Below are positions 22,065 through 32,420 of a stretch of 64,000 bases of DNA, piece by piece (position 1 is the stretch's first letter; each line of letters opens with the position of its first letter). A model generated the notes under the pieces. That model did no database searches. It worked only from the letters and a program-made list of their open reading frames with translations, and had not been told where the DNA came from. The DNA is from an uncultured Microthrixaceae bacterium (lineage in GTDB: Bacteria; Actinomycetota; Acidimicrobiia; Acidimicrobiales; VFJN01), in NCBI GenBank assembly GCA_963703565.1, contig CAVPEW010000047.1, forward strand, positions 4,029 through 68,028, in the 5' to 3' direction. The position numbers and the translations under genes were made by a program.

Positions 22065-23675
22065 TCAGGCCAGCTCGACGAGGTCGAGGTAGCCGTCGTC
22101 GAAGTGGTCGACCTTGCCCTCGGGCAGCATGAGGACCCGGCCTGGCGCAATGGCCCGGACGAACTCGCTGTCGTGGCTCACCAGCACGATGGTCCCTCCC
22201 CAACCGCCCAGCGCCGTCGCGACCGCCTCGCGCGAGGGTGGGTCGAGGTTGTTGGTCGGTTCGTCGAGGAGCAGGACGTTGTGGCGACCGGCGACCAGGA
22301 TCGCGAGGGCCAGCTTGGTCTTCTCACCGCCCGAGAGCGTGCCGGCGTCCTGGTGGACCTTGTCGCCGCTGAGCCCGAGTCCGCCCACCACCGCTCGCAG
22401 CACCGGATCGCTGGCGCCCGGCGCCTGCTCGCGCAGGTGGTCGAGCACGCTGCGCCCGGCGCTGATCCCCTCGTGCTCCTGCGCGTAGTAGCCGGCCACG
22501 ACCTGGTGGCCCCACTCGGCGTTGCCCCCCGCCGGCGGGGTCACCCCGGCCAGGACCCGCAGCAGGCTCGTCTTGCCGGCACCGTTGAGGCCCATCACCA
22601 GCATGCGCTCGCCCCTGCCGACGTCGAAGGAGACGTCGTCGAAGACCTCCAGGCTCCCGAAGCGCTGTGAGAGCCCCTCCACCTGCAGCACGGTTCGACC
22701 GGCTCGGGGCGGGTCGGGCAGGCGGAGCTGCACCGAGCGCGTCGCTACGGGAGCGTCGACCTTGTCGCGCTCGAGGCGGGCGACCCGGCTGTCAAGGGTC
22801 TGGGCCTTGCGGGCCATCGTCGCAGTGGAATGGCGCAGCCGGTCGGCCAGCGTGGAGAGTCGCCGGATCTCGCCGGCCTGGCGTTCGGCGACCTTGGCAG
22901 CACGCGCCTCGTCCTTGGCGCGCTGGGCCAGGTAGGCGCTGTAGGTGCCCGTGTAGGCGACGAGTGTGGCGACGTCCTCCTCGCCCGGGCGGTCGAGGTG
23001 CAAGACGCTCGTGATGGCCTCGTCGAGCAGGTCCAGATCGTGGCTGACCACGACCAGCGCGCCCTTGTACCGGCGCAGGAACTCGAGGAGCCAGGCCTTG
23101 GCGTCGGTGTCGAGGTGGTTGGTCGGCTCGTCGAGCAGGAGCAGGTCGCTGCCCGCGAAGAGGATCCGGGCGATCTCCACCCTTCGCCGCTGGCCGCCCG
23201 ACAGCGTGGACACGGGAGCGTCGAGACGGTCGGCGCCCAGGCCGAGTCCGTCGGCGAGTCGACGGACCTCGGCTGCGGCGGCATAGCCGCCGTCGAGTCG
23301 GTAACGCTCCTCGGCGGCGCTGAACCGAGCGACCGAGGCCGTGTCAGCGCTGTCCTCCATGGCGGCCCGGAGCTCCTCGAGGCGCGCAGCCGCGCGGTCG
23401 AGGCCGCGCCCGGACAGCACGTGGCTCATCGCCGTGCGCTGCTGTGACAGCCCCTCGAAGCGCGGATCCTGGGGCAGGTAGCCCACCCCTCCGTCGCGGC
23501 GCACTGTGCCCGCCACCGGCGGGTGGCCCCCGCCGAGCACGCCCAGCACGCTGGTCTTGCCGGCCCCGTTGCGCCCCACCAGCCCGACCTTGTCGCGCGC
23601 CCGTACCGTGAAGGTGGCGTCAGCGAGCACCAACGTCCCGCCCGCCTCTACGGCGAGGCCCTGCACTGTCAGCAT
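22065..23675 (-). CDS. ABC-F family ATP-binding protein
   Basis: Two ABC domains (GRNGAGKT/LSGGQ/LDEPTNHLD; GLNGAGKT/LSGGE/LDEPTNNLD), no transmembrane segments. Confidence 0.93.
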   Translation of the reverse strand: MLTVQGLAVEAGGTLVLADATFTVRARDKVGLVGRNGAGKTSVLGVLGGGHPPVAGTVRRDGGVGYLPQDPRFEGLSQQRTAMSHVLSGRGLDRAAARLEELRAAMEDSADTASVARFSAAEERYRLDGGYAAAAEVRRLADGLGLGADRLDAPVSTLSGGQRRRVEIARILFAGSDLLLLDEPTNHLDTDAKAWLLEFLRRYKGALVVVSHDLDLLDEAITSVLHLDRPGEEDVATLVAYTGTYSAYLAQRAKDEARAAKVAERQAGEIRRLSTLADRLRHSTATMARKAQTLDSRVARLERDKVDAPVATRSVQLRLPDPPRAGRTVLQVEGLSQRFGSLEVFDDVSFDVGRGERMLVMGLNGAGKTSLLRVLAGVTPPAGGNAEWGHQVVAGYYAQEHEGISAGRSVLDHLREQAPGASDPVLRAVVGGLGLSGDKVHQDAGTLSGGEKTKLALAILVAGRHNVLLLDEPTNNLDPPSREAVATALGGWGGTIVLVSHDSEFVRAIAPGRVLMLPEGKVDHFDDGYLDLVELA

Positions 23676-23963
23676 GCCGGCCAGCGTGGCAGTCCCTACC
23701 GTGAGCGGGCGAACCGGTTGGCGCCGGCAGCGCCCGACGTCTGGAACGCTCGGCACCGGATCAGGGGGGTGCGCACGACGATGCCGACGATCACTGCGCG
23801 GCCCGACCGCAGCTCCGACCTGCCGGACTGGCGCGTCATGGGGGAGCGCGACGACGCTCGCAGCGCGAGGCTGCTGGAACGCTCGGCGCTGCTCGTGGCG
23901 GATCGCGCCGGGCGGTGGCGGACCGTGCCGGGACGTCGCCGCTGCGCGTCTTCGCCCAGGGCA

Positions 23964-24869
23964 TCAGGCGAACGCTGCGAAGACCTCCTCGATCGCCTTG
24001 AACTGGCCGCCGGAGGTGGAACTGGGGACCAGGATCGGTGTTCGCACTCCGGCGTCGAACCAGGCCTCGACCCCGTCGCGGACCTCGGCCACCGACCCGA
24101 ACAGGGTCACGTCGGACAGCCACCGGTCCGACATGGCCGTGACCACCTCCTCGCGTCGGCCCTCGGCGAGCAGCGCCTCGACGGCCTCCATCTCCTCCAC
24201 GTAGCCGGCGGCCTTCCAGTAGTTGCGGTAGTTGGGCAGCCCGACGTAGCCCCTCAACGTGCGCCGGCACACGGCCGCCGCGGCTTCGCGGTCGTCGTCG
24301 ATCACGGTGGGGACCATGTCGCCGATGAAGAAGTCCTCGTCGACGGCACCGAGGACCTCGACAGAGTGGGGCATGGCCGAACGGGCCCCGTTGGCCCACA
24401 CGGCCCCCTGGGCGACCTCCGCGGCCAGAGCCGTCATGCGGTCGCGCAACGCGGCCAGCACGATCGGGGGCATGGGCCCGACTGCGGCCTCGGCGTCGTG
24501 GAGAGCCGCCACGTAGTCGCGGGTGTCGGCCAGGGGGGGCCCGGGCTCGACACCGATCATCTGGTGCATCGGTCCGTGGCTGACGCCCAAGCCGAGGACG
24601 AAGCGGCCGTCGCTCAGCTCGGCGATGGCGGCGGCCGCCGAGGCCAGCTCGGCAGCGCGACGCAGGTAGATGGGCTGGATCGCGGTACCGAACCGCAAGG
24701 TCGAGGTCTCCTGAGCCAGGGCGTGGCACAGGCTCATGGCGTCGGCCACGCTGGGGGTGTAGACGCCCGGGAACCCACGGCGCTCGGCCTCCACGGCCAG
24801 CTCCAGGGCGCGTGCACGCTTGGTTGGCATGGCGATCACCGACAGTGCGGGCATCCTCGTCGGGCTCAC
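23964..24869 (-). CDS. LLM-class flavin/F420-dependent oxidoreductase
   Basis: FGTAIQPIYLR, LSDGRFVLGLGVSH, PPIVLAAL. Confidence 0.88.
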   Translation of the reverse strand: MSPTRMPALSVIAMPTKRARALELAVEAERRGFPGVYTPSVADAMSLCHALAQETSTLRFGTAIQPIYLRRAAELASAAAAIAELSDGRFVLGLGVSHGPMHQMIGVEPGPPLADTRDYVAALHDAEAAVGPMPPIVLAALRDRMTALAAEVAQGAVWANGARSAMPHSVEVLGAVDEDFFIGDMVPTVIDDDREAAAAVCRRTLRGYVGLPNYRNYWKAAGYVEEMEAVEALLAEGRREEVVTAMSDRWLSDVTLFGSVAEVRDGVEAWFDAGVRTPILVPSSTSGGQFKAIEEVFAAFA

Positions 24870-25088
24870 GGATCCACCTCGGGTACCGGTCGGGACCTGT
24901 CGTGGCTGCGCATCGGCTCCCCTCCCCCTGCATGGCCGAACCCCACCGGTGACGGACCCTACCGTCGGGGAGGGCCGGGGCGAGTCGGGGCGGGTCGAGG
25001 CAGAGTGGAGCGGCTCGAGCCCGACCGGCCGACTAGCGTCCGGACGTCCGCTTCGCCGGGTTCGCCCGGTGCGACCCCGGGGGAGACT

Positions 25089-26123
25089 ATGAAGGCCCTG
25101 CAGCTGACGGCGTGGAAGTCCGACCCCTCGCTGCAGGTGGTCCCGGACCCCACTCCTGGGCCCGGTCAGGTCGTGATCCGCATCGCCGGCGCCGGAGCAT
25201 GCCACTCGGACCTGCACCTGCTCCACGACTTCGACGAGGGCCTCATGCCGTGGTCGCCGCCGTTCACCCTCGGCCACGAGAACGCCGGGTGGGTCGCGGC
25301 GCTGGGTGAGGGCGTCGAGGGGCTCGCCGAGGGGGACGCGGTGGCCGTCTACGGGTCCTGGGGCTGCGGTCGGTGCACCCGTTGCCTGACCGGGGCGGAG
25401 AACTACTGCCTGCGCCCCGGCGCCGTGGTGCCGCCCGGAGGGCTGGGCAGCGACGGCGGCATGGCGCCGCTGATGCTCGTGCCCGAAGCCCGTTGGCTGG
25501 TGCCCCTCGGCGACCTCGACCCAGTGCTGGCCGCGCCGCTGACCGACGCCGGCCTCACTCCCTACCACGCCATCAGGCGCTCCCTCGGACTGCTGGTCCC
25601 GGGCTCGACAGCTGTCGTCGTCGGCACCGGAGGTCTCGGCCACATGGCCGTCCAGCTGCTCGGCGCGCTGAGCCCGACCACGGTCGTGGCGGTCGACCAG
25701 CGGCCCGCTGCCCTCGCCCGGGCTGGTGCGGCCGGCGCCGCCCACACCGCTTCGCCCGACGAGGCCACCGCGTTGGTTCGCGACCTCACCCAGGGCCGTG
25801 GCGCCGAGCTGGTGCTCGACTTCGTGGGAGTCGACGCGACCATGGCGCTGGGGGTGACCTTGGCCTCGACGCTCGGTCACCTCACCGTGGTCGGCATCGG
25901 CGGCGGCTCCCTAGGGGTGGGCTTCTTCACCGTGCCCTACGAGATGTCCGTGGCCACCACCTACTGGGGCACCCTGCCAGAGCTGCGGGAGGTGATCGCG
26001 CTGGCGGCACAGGGCCGGATCCGTCCCGAGGTCCAGCGCTTCTCGCTCGAGGACGGGGCCCTCGCCTACCAGGCCATGACCGACGGCACCCTCACTGGGC
26101 GGGCGGTGGTCGTTCCCGACTGA
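25089..26123 (+). CDS. Zn-dependent NAD(P) alcohol dehydrogenase
   Basis: GACHSDLH, LGHENAG, CGRCTRC...NYC, DAGLTPYHAI, GTGGLG. Confidence 0.93.
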   Translation: MKALQLTAWKSDPSLQVVPDPTPGPGQVVIRIAGAGACHSDLHLLHDFDEGLMPWSPPFTLGHENAGWVAALGEGVEGLAEGDAVAVYGSWGCGRCTRCLTGAENYCLRPGAVVPPGGLGSDGGMAPLMLVPEARWLVPLGDLDPVLAAPLTDAGLTPYHAIRRSLGLLVPGSTAVVVGTGGLGHMAVQLLGALSPTTVVAVDQRPAALARAGAAGAAHTASPDEATALVRDLTQGRGAELVLDFVGVDATMALGVTLASTLGHLTVVGIGGGSLGVGFFTVPYEMSVATTYWGTLPELREVIALAAQGRIRPEVQRFSLEDGALAYQAMTDGTLTGRAVVVPD

Positions 26124-26145
26124 CCCGCCCAGCGAGCTCGCAGCC

Positions 26146-27664
26146 TCAGTGGGCCGCGCCCGGGTCTTCGTCGAGCGCTGCACGCAGAGCCGGCAGGCGC
26201 AGCACTAGGGGCATGAGCTCGCTGGCCAGGCTGCGCTGCGGAGCCACCCGGGCGAGCAGTCCGCGCAAACCGAGGGTGGCGCGCAAGAAGGCGACGACCG
26301 GCAGTGGTGGGCGCAGCCCGTGACGCACCAGCACCGCCATCGACTCCGTGAGCCCACTCACCAGGCCCTGTTCCCCCGACCCGAGCAGTGCCATCGGCGC
26401 CAACGCAGCAGTGGCCGCGAGGTCGCGGCGAAGCGAGTCGCGGTCGACCGCCGCGGGAACGGCACCGGCCGCGTCCATCGCCGCGACCTGCGCTGCATAG
26501 TCGCCGCCGAGCACGGCGGCGAGGAAGTCGATCGCCGAGCGGCGCAGCTGGCGGTCGAAGCGTCCCGCCGAGGGGCATCCGGGCAGCACCAGCCGCCCGG
26601 ACTCGTCGACGAGCAGGTGCTCGACCGACAGGTCGGCGTGGAACCAGCCGTGCTCCAGGGCGCCGGCCACGGTCAGCGCCACCAGTGCGTCGGCGGCAGC
26701 CTCGGCGTCGAGCGGCGGCGGGGTGGGGCGAACCCCGTCCGCAGCGGCGCCTTCGAGGACCTCGGCCAGCGACCACAGCGCACCGCCGGGATGCCGGTAG
26801 GCGACGGCTCCGGCGGTGATAGCCCCTGGCACCGGGGCCAGCACCGTCGCCGGAGCCGTGTCGGTCGGGCCCAGGGCGGCTGCGGCCCCCTCGGTGTTGA
26901 GAGCGTCGTAGCGCAGGTCGAGCTCTTCGAGCAGCTGGCGGGCGAGCAGCTCGACGAAGCCCAACGGGTGTGCCGCAGCCACCGCGGGGACGAGCGACTC
27001 GAGGGTGCCCACCAGCGCCGCGGTCACCCGGGTGTCGGCGCGCACCGCGCGCGCCGTTCCGGGCCGTCGGACGCGCCACAGCACGGGTTCGCCTTCGAGC
27101 ATCCCCGGGTGCAGCTGCGACAGGGCGGTGGCGGCCAGTTCCGGCCCGTCGATTCGAGCCTGTTGGCCGAGCGCCCGCCGCAGGGCCCACGCCGCGCCGG
27201 CCCGGTCCATCGGGGAGACCGGGACCGGCCGGCGGGCCAACTCGGCGACGACAGCACCGGGAGCGATGCCCTCGCTGTGGCCGACGATGCGGGCGACCTC
27301 GGCACCGGGCGCCCCCGCCAGTAGCAGCTGGTCCCTTGTCCACTGGGCTACCGCCGACTTGGCGAGGCCGGCGGCGCCCCCTTCGGGGACCACCACCCGG
27401 CGTTGGTGGGCGGACCTGGCCGCGCCGCCACCCAGCGCCACGGTTGCCCAACGGGCCTGTGCGGCTCCGAGAGCGGCGAGCCGGTACAGCGACCGACCCA
27501 CCGGCGGGCGGCTCGGGTGGACGAGGCGCCGGGCGCGCTCGTCGAGGCGACGCTCGACGCCCCCCTCGCCGCCGAGGCTGCCGTCGAGGCTCGGCGAGCG
27601 CGGCGCGCAGGCCGTGGTCGGCGTCGAGCCAGGCCACGGCGGGACGATCCCGTCGCAATGTCAC
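26146..27664 (-). CDS. ABC1/UbiB (AarF) kinase-like protein, divergent, +1 frameshift at ~27586-27592
   Basis: VRRPG, LLEELDLRYDALN, GWFHADL; N-terminus continues in another frame; TATGGT -10 precedes GTG 27664. Confidence 0.7.
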
Positions 27665-27740
27665 ACCGTGCACCATAGACGTCGGATCGTCCCGTTCGAC
27701 CCCCGAGTCGACCGCGAGGACCACGGTCCGGCAGGGCGGC

Positions 27741-30255
27741 TCAGATCGGGTTGCCGTTGGGGTCGAGGTAATCGAGCGACAGGTGCCCGGCCTCGTCGAG
27801 AGTTCGCCATCCGGCATCGTCCAGGCCCAGGACGTGGCGGTACACGTACTCGTTGTCGGCGCCCATGGCCGAGATGGGGTCCCAACGCATCGGTGGCCCG
27901 TCCCAGTGCCACAGGTGCGCCGGGTAGTCGTGGGTGCCGGTCTCGGCTCCCACGTTGGGGCGGAAGAAGCCCCGCTCTCGCAGGTGGGGGTCGGTGAAGG
28001 CGACCGCCTCGTCCATCACCGGGCCGGCGGGGACGCCTTCGCGCTGGAGTCGGTGGAAGGCGTCGTGGGCGTCGAGCGTCGCCGCCCAGGCGCCGATGCG
28101 CTCGTCGATCTCGTCGTGGTGCTCGCGACGGCCGTCCTCGGTGGCGAAGCGCGCGTCGGTCGCCCAATCGGGATCCCCCATGGCTCGGCGCAGCCCCGTC
28201 CACTGGTCGTCGTCGGCCACGGTGAGCACCACCCAGCGGTCCTCTCCCTGGCACCGGTAGCACCCCTGGGGAGCATGGGTCCGGTGGCGGTTCCCGTTCG
28301 GAGCGTGGGCCCGCCCGGTGCGGGCGGAGTCGACGAGCAGCTCGCCGATGTGTTGCAGCATGTTCTCGGACTGGTCGAGCTCGATGTAGGAGCCCTCTCC
28401 CGTACGGTCGCGGCGCGCAAGCGCCGAGAGCGCGGCGAGCACGCCGACCACACCGGAGGCCGGATCCATGTGGAACACCGACGTCGTGCTGGTCAGGTCG
28501 GCTCCGAGGTAACCGCGCAACGATGTGAGCCCGGCGAGCGCCTCGAAGTGGGCGCCGAAGCCGACGTGGCGGTGGTAGGGGCCCGAGGTTCCCATCGGGG
28601 GCAGGCGCATGAGCGATACGCGCGGGTTGCGGGCCGAGATCATCGGCCAGTCGATGCGCAATTGCTCGAAGAGCTTGACCGCGTTGTTCTCCACGATCAG
28701 GTCGGAGCGCTCGACGAGCGAGAGGAACGTCTCGCGCCCTAGGTCCGTGCGCATGTCCAGGGTGGCCAGCTTCCGGCCTCGCGCGTGGCAGTTGAACATG
28801 GCGTGGCGGTTGAACGGGCGCTCGCCGGGGTCGAAGTCGGGGAATGCTCCGGGCAGTGGCCCGAGCGCCTTGGCCATCTCGGCAGTGAGCCGAGGCGCGA
28901 AGCCCTTGGTGCTGGAGGGGAACAGGTAGGGGTTGTCCAGGCGAATGACCTCGGCCCCCAGGTCCGCCAGCAGCATCGTGAGGTAGGGCCCCGCCCACAC
29001 CACCGTGAAGTCCAGGACCCGGATCCCCTCGAGCGGTAGGCGGGCGCCCGCCACAGGGCTCAGCACTGGCAGCCCGGGCCCGAGGGGACTGGCACCGAGG
29101 GAGGCGTCGTCGTCGGCCTCGCCGAGAAGGGGTGCTGCGCTGCGCTGGGCCCAGGCTCCCTCCATGCGGAACGGCGCCCCCGGCGCGCGGAACGTGCCGG
29201 CGACGGGGTGGCTCTGCTCCACGAAGAACCCACGCTCGATGAACTGGGGGTCCTCGACCACGTCGGTGGTGTCGTGCACGGCGGTGATGGGCCAGGCGTG
29301 CGCCTGGGCCTCGGCCATCGCCTCCTCCCGGGTGCGTGAGAGCAGCCAGGGGTACAGCACCGCGTCGGTGGCGTCGGAGACCTCCGGGTTGATCATCCAG
29401 GCGGGGTCGGCGTAGAGCTCGTCGAGCGTCGGGTCGGCGAGGGTCGCGAGCATGCGGGGCACCCACGCCGGGATGGTGATGACCTGCACGTAGCCGTCGG
29501 CGACGGGATAGATGCCCATCGGCGCCGGCGAGAGGCGCTGGGTGCCCTCACGGTGCACGAGGCCGCCGTGGTAGGCGTAGCCGACGAGGAAGGCGAGGCG
29601 CCGATCGATCGAGGCCGCCTGGGCTTCGAAGTGCGAGACGTCGACGTGGATCGCCCGGCCTCCGTTGGCCGGCAGCGCGACCGTGGCCAGAGCGGACAGG
29701 GTCGCCGTGGCAGCCACGTTGCCGCTCTGGTAGGTGGTCAGGTTGGCACCGAGCTTGATCGGTTCGCGCTCCTCGACGCCTGTCGAGGCTCATCGCGCCG
29801 CCCATGGCGTAGTCGACCAGGTCGCTGCTGCGGTAGGCGGCGTAGGGCCCGGTCTGGCCGAAGGGGGTGACGCTGGTCATCACCAACCGCGGCTGCACCC
29901 GGCGCAGGTCGTCGAAGCCGAGGCCCCAGGCCTCGAGCGCTCCGGGGGCGTAGGACTCCACCACCGCGTCGGCGCCTGCGACGAGGCGACGGACCCGGTC
30001 CTGCCCGGCGGCGGTGGACAGATCGGCCACCACCGATCGCTTGTTGGCCCCGAGGTGCAAGAACAGGGCGCTCTGCTCGGGGTCGTACCGGTCGTCGGGG
30101 AACGGACCGAGCCGTCGGGCCACGTCTCCCCCGGGCGGCTCGACCTTGATCACCTCGGCGCCAAAGGCGGCCAGGAGCTTGGTGGCGTAGGGCGCCGCGA
30201 TGCCCTCGGCCAGCTCGATGATCCGGATCCCGGCGAGCGGTTGCTCGAGTGTCAC
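27741..30255 (-). CDS. Tandem double-domain CaiB/BaiF (family III) CoA transferase, +1 frameshift at ~29785-29791
   Basis: Two units: PLAGIRIIEL...FGAEVIKVEPPGGD and PLEGIRVLDFTVVWAGP...LADLGAEVI; frames join at AMS-S-TGVEEREP. Confidence 0.88.
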
Positions 30256-31568
30256 GTGTTCCCCCTGGTAGGCGGCCCCGGCCGGGCCGGCTGGAGCGGC
30301 GCCCGTGCGCCGCCCGTCGATGTTCGACTGGCCGAGCTGCAGCGCGACGCGTAGCTGGCGAACGGGGCCTGCCGGTGTGGGTCCGGCTCCCGCGGCATCC
30401 CCAGCACCCGCTCGCTGATGATGTTGCGTTGGATCTCGTCGCTGCCGCCGGCGATGCGTAGCGAGGGAGCGGCCAGGAAGCTGAGCTGCCAGGCTCCCTC
30501 GGTGGGGGCGGAGCCGTCCAGCAGGCCCCCTGCCGGCCCCTCGATGGCCAGGGCCAGGTCGCCGACCTGCTTGAGGAGCTGGCCCATGGCCAGCTTGGTG
30601 ATGGAACCCTCCGGGCCGGGCACGTCCCCGCGGCGAAGGGCGGTGAGCAGCCGGTACCGCACGAAGCGGATTATCTCGGCGCGGATGTAGACGTCGGCCA
30701 GGCGTTGGCGCACCACGCCCCGACTGGCGGCCGGCACGCCGTCACGCTGGTGGTTCCGAGCCAGCTGGATGACCAGGCGGGGATCGACACCCATGTCGCC
30801 GCCGCCGATCATCATCCGCTCGTTCATCAGCGTGGTCTGGGTGACCGCCCAGCCGCCGTTGTACTCGCCCAGCAGGTTCTCGGCGGGGATGCGCACGTCG
30901 TCGAGGAACACCTCGGAGAAGTGGGCGTCTCCGGTGATCTGGCGCAGCGGGCGAACGGTGATGCCGGGCGTGGTCATGTCGACCAGGAAGTAGGAGATGC
31001 CCCGGTGCTTGGGCTGGTCGGGGTCGGTGCGCACCGGCAGGATCCCCCAGTCGGAGTAGTGGGCTCCCGAGTTCCACACCTTCTGGCCGTTGACCACGAA
31101 CACATCGCCGTCCCGCTCGGCCCGGGTGCGCATGCCCGCGAGGTCGGATCCGGCGCCCGGCTCGGAGAACAGCTGGCACCAGACCTCCTCGCCGCGCAGC
31201 ATCGGGGCCAGGAAGCGCTGCTTCTGGGCATCGGTGCCGTGGGCGATGATCGTCGGCCCGGCGAGGCCCATGCCGACCATGAATATCCCGTTGGGCACGT
31301 CGAACGCCTCGGCCTCCTCGCCGAAGATCACCTGCTCCATGACCGTGCCGCCCCGGCCACCGAACTCACGGGGCCAGGTGATGGCGGCGTAGCCCGCGTC
31401 GGCGAGGCCGGCCTGGAACTCCTTGGCTCGGGGCAGGTCGTCGTGGCCCTGGCTCGTGAACATCGCCGACGGGGCATCCGCTCGCCGACGAGGGGTGGCG
31501 TTGGCCTCGAGCCAGGAGCGGACCTCGACCCTGAAACGGGCGTCTTGGGGGTCGTCGTCGAAGTCCAC
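30252..31568 (-). CDS. Acyl-CoA dehydrogenase (FadE family)
   Basis: WCQLFSEPGAGSDLA, VNGQKVWNS, IAGGSDEIQRNIISERVLG; the true stop may be near 30338. Confidence 0.9.
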   Translation of the reverse strand: MDFDDDPQDARFRVEVRSWLEANATPRRRADAPSAMFTSQGHDDLPRAKEFQAGLADAGYAAITWPREFGGRGGTVMEQVIFGEEAEAFDVPNGIFMVGMGLAGPTIIAHGTDAQKQRFLAPMLRGEEVWCQLFSEPGAGSDLAGMRTRAERDGDVFVVNGQKVWNSGAHYSDWGILPVRTDPDQPKHRGISYFLVDMTTPGITVRPLRQITGDAHFSEVFLDDVRIPAENLLGEYNGGWAVTQTTLMNERMMIGGGDMGVDPRLVIQLARNHQRDGVPAASRGVVRQRLADVYIRAEIIRFVRYRLLTALRRGDVPGPEGSITKLAMGQLLKQVGDLALAIEGPAGGLLDGSAPTEGAWQLSFLAAPSLRIAGGSDEIQRNIISERVLGMPREPDPHRQAPFASYASRCSSASRTSTGGARAPLQPARPGPPTRGNT

Positions 31569-31635
31569 CAGGCACTCCTGCGGTTCGCGGGCGTGGCAGG
31601 GAGCGAGTCGGCGCGATGCCCCCCGCATCGAAACT

Positions 31636-31662
31636 GAACCCGTGGGTTCGCTGGGGATGGTA
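31636..31662 (-). promoter_or_regulatory. -10 box (TACCAT) with a palindromic operator at the predicted start site
   Basis: GAACCC-GT-GGGTTC at 31636-31649; ATGGTA (TACCAT on -) at 31657-31662, upstream of the acyl-CoA dehydrogenase. Confidence 0.45.
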
Positions 31663-31855
31663 GTGGTCGCAGCCCGCCCCGGCCACCCGCGCCGACCTGC
31701 CGGCCCGCCCCTGTGACGTTCCATTCGGCGGCTGCCCTCGCCCGAGTGAAGGCGCGTCCCTCGTCGTGAACCTCCCCGCTGCCGCGGACCTTCCGGACGA
31801 CCAACGCACGCTCAACCTCCGAGGCGGCCAACCAGGACCAGGTCCATGTCTGCAG

Positions 31856-31941
31856 TGCCCGGGGTGGGATTCGAACCCACGCGCTCCCGTGGGAGCAGAG
31901 GGGTTTAAGCCCTCCGCGTCTGCCAACTCCGCCACCCGGGC
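31856..31941 (-). tRNA. tRNA-Leu (anticodon UAA), CCA not encoded
   Basis: GCCCGGG acceptor; TGGCGGAGTTGGCAGACGC D-arm; GAGGG-CTTAAAC-CCCTC anticodon arm; long variable arm; GGGTTCGAATCCC T-arm. Confidence 0.96.
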
Positions 31942-31986
31942 GCCGCGTGGAAGGTAGTGGTCGGAGCCGGGGGGGGCCGCCGCCGC

Positions 31987-32364
31987 TCACGCGGCGCGCG
32001 CCGGCGCCCCTTCCGGACGGGGCCGAGGCGCCCCTCCGGGCACGGGGCCCGCCTCGGCGGCCGCGAGCTGACCCCAAAGGGCCTGGCGGACCTGGTGGGC
32101 CCGCCTGCCCTGCAGCCGGTTGGCCACCACCACCCCCTCGACGAGGTCAGCCAGCACGGCGGGCCACGGGCGGCCCACCAGCGCCACCGCGACCACCGCT
32201 CCCCTGCGCCCCCGCCGGATCGTGCGCGCCGCTCCGGGCAGCCGCGGCGGTGCGCGGAAGCCCGGGACCTCCAGGCCGAGCCGGCGAGCCCCGCGCCCGA
32301 TGGCCCGCACCGCCTCCGCCAGGCGAAGGGACGGGGGAAGCTCGGGGTCGGCCATGCCGGACAT
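31987..32364 (-). CDS. Hypothetical protein
   Basis: LGLEVPGFRAPPR...GRPWPAVLADLVEGVVVANRL; high-GC3 coding frame filling the gap. Confidence 0.65.
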   Translation of the reverse strand: MSGMADPELPPSLRLAEAVRAIGRGARRLGLEVPGFRAPPRLPGAARTIRRGRRGAVVAVALVGRPWPAVLADLVEGVVVANRLQGRRAHQVRQALWGQLAAAEAGPVPGGAPRPRPEGAPARAA

Positions 32365-32420
32365 GATCCCGCTGCGGTGTGACAGTCCCGGCCGCGCGGT
32401 GCGGCGCCTAGCGTGGCCAC

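Noticed and set aside
23780-31855. tRNA-anchored genomic island
   Set aside because: The content looks accessory, but I found no integrase, no duplicated tRNA 3' end and no obvious compositional shift.
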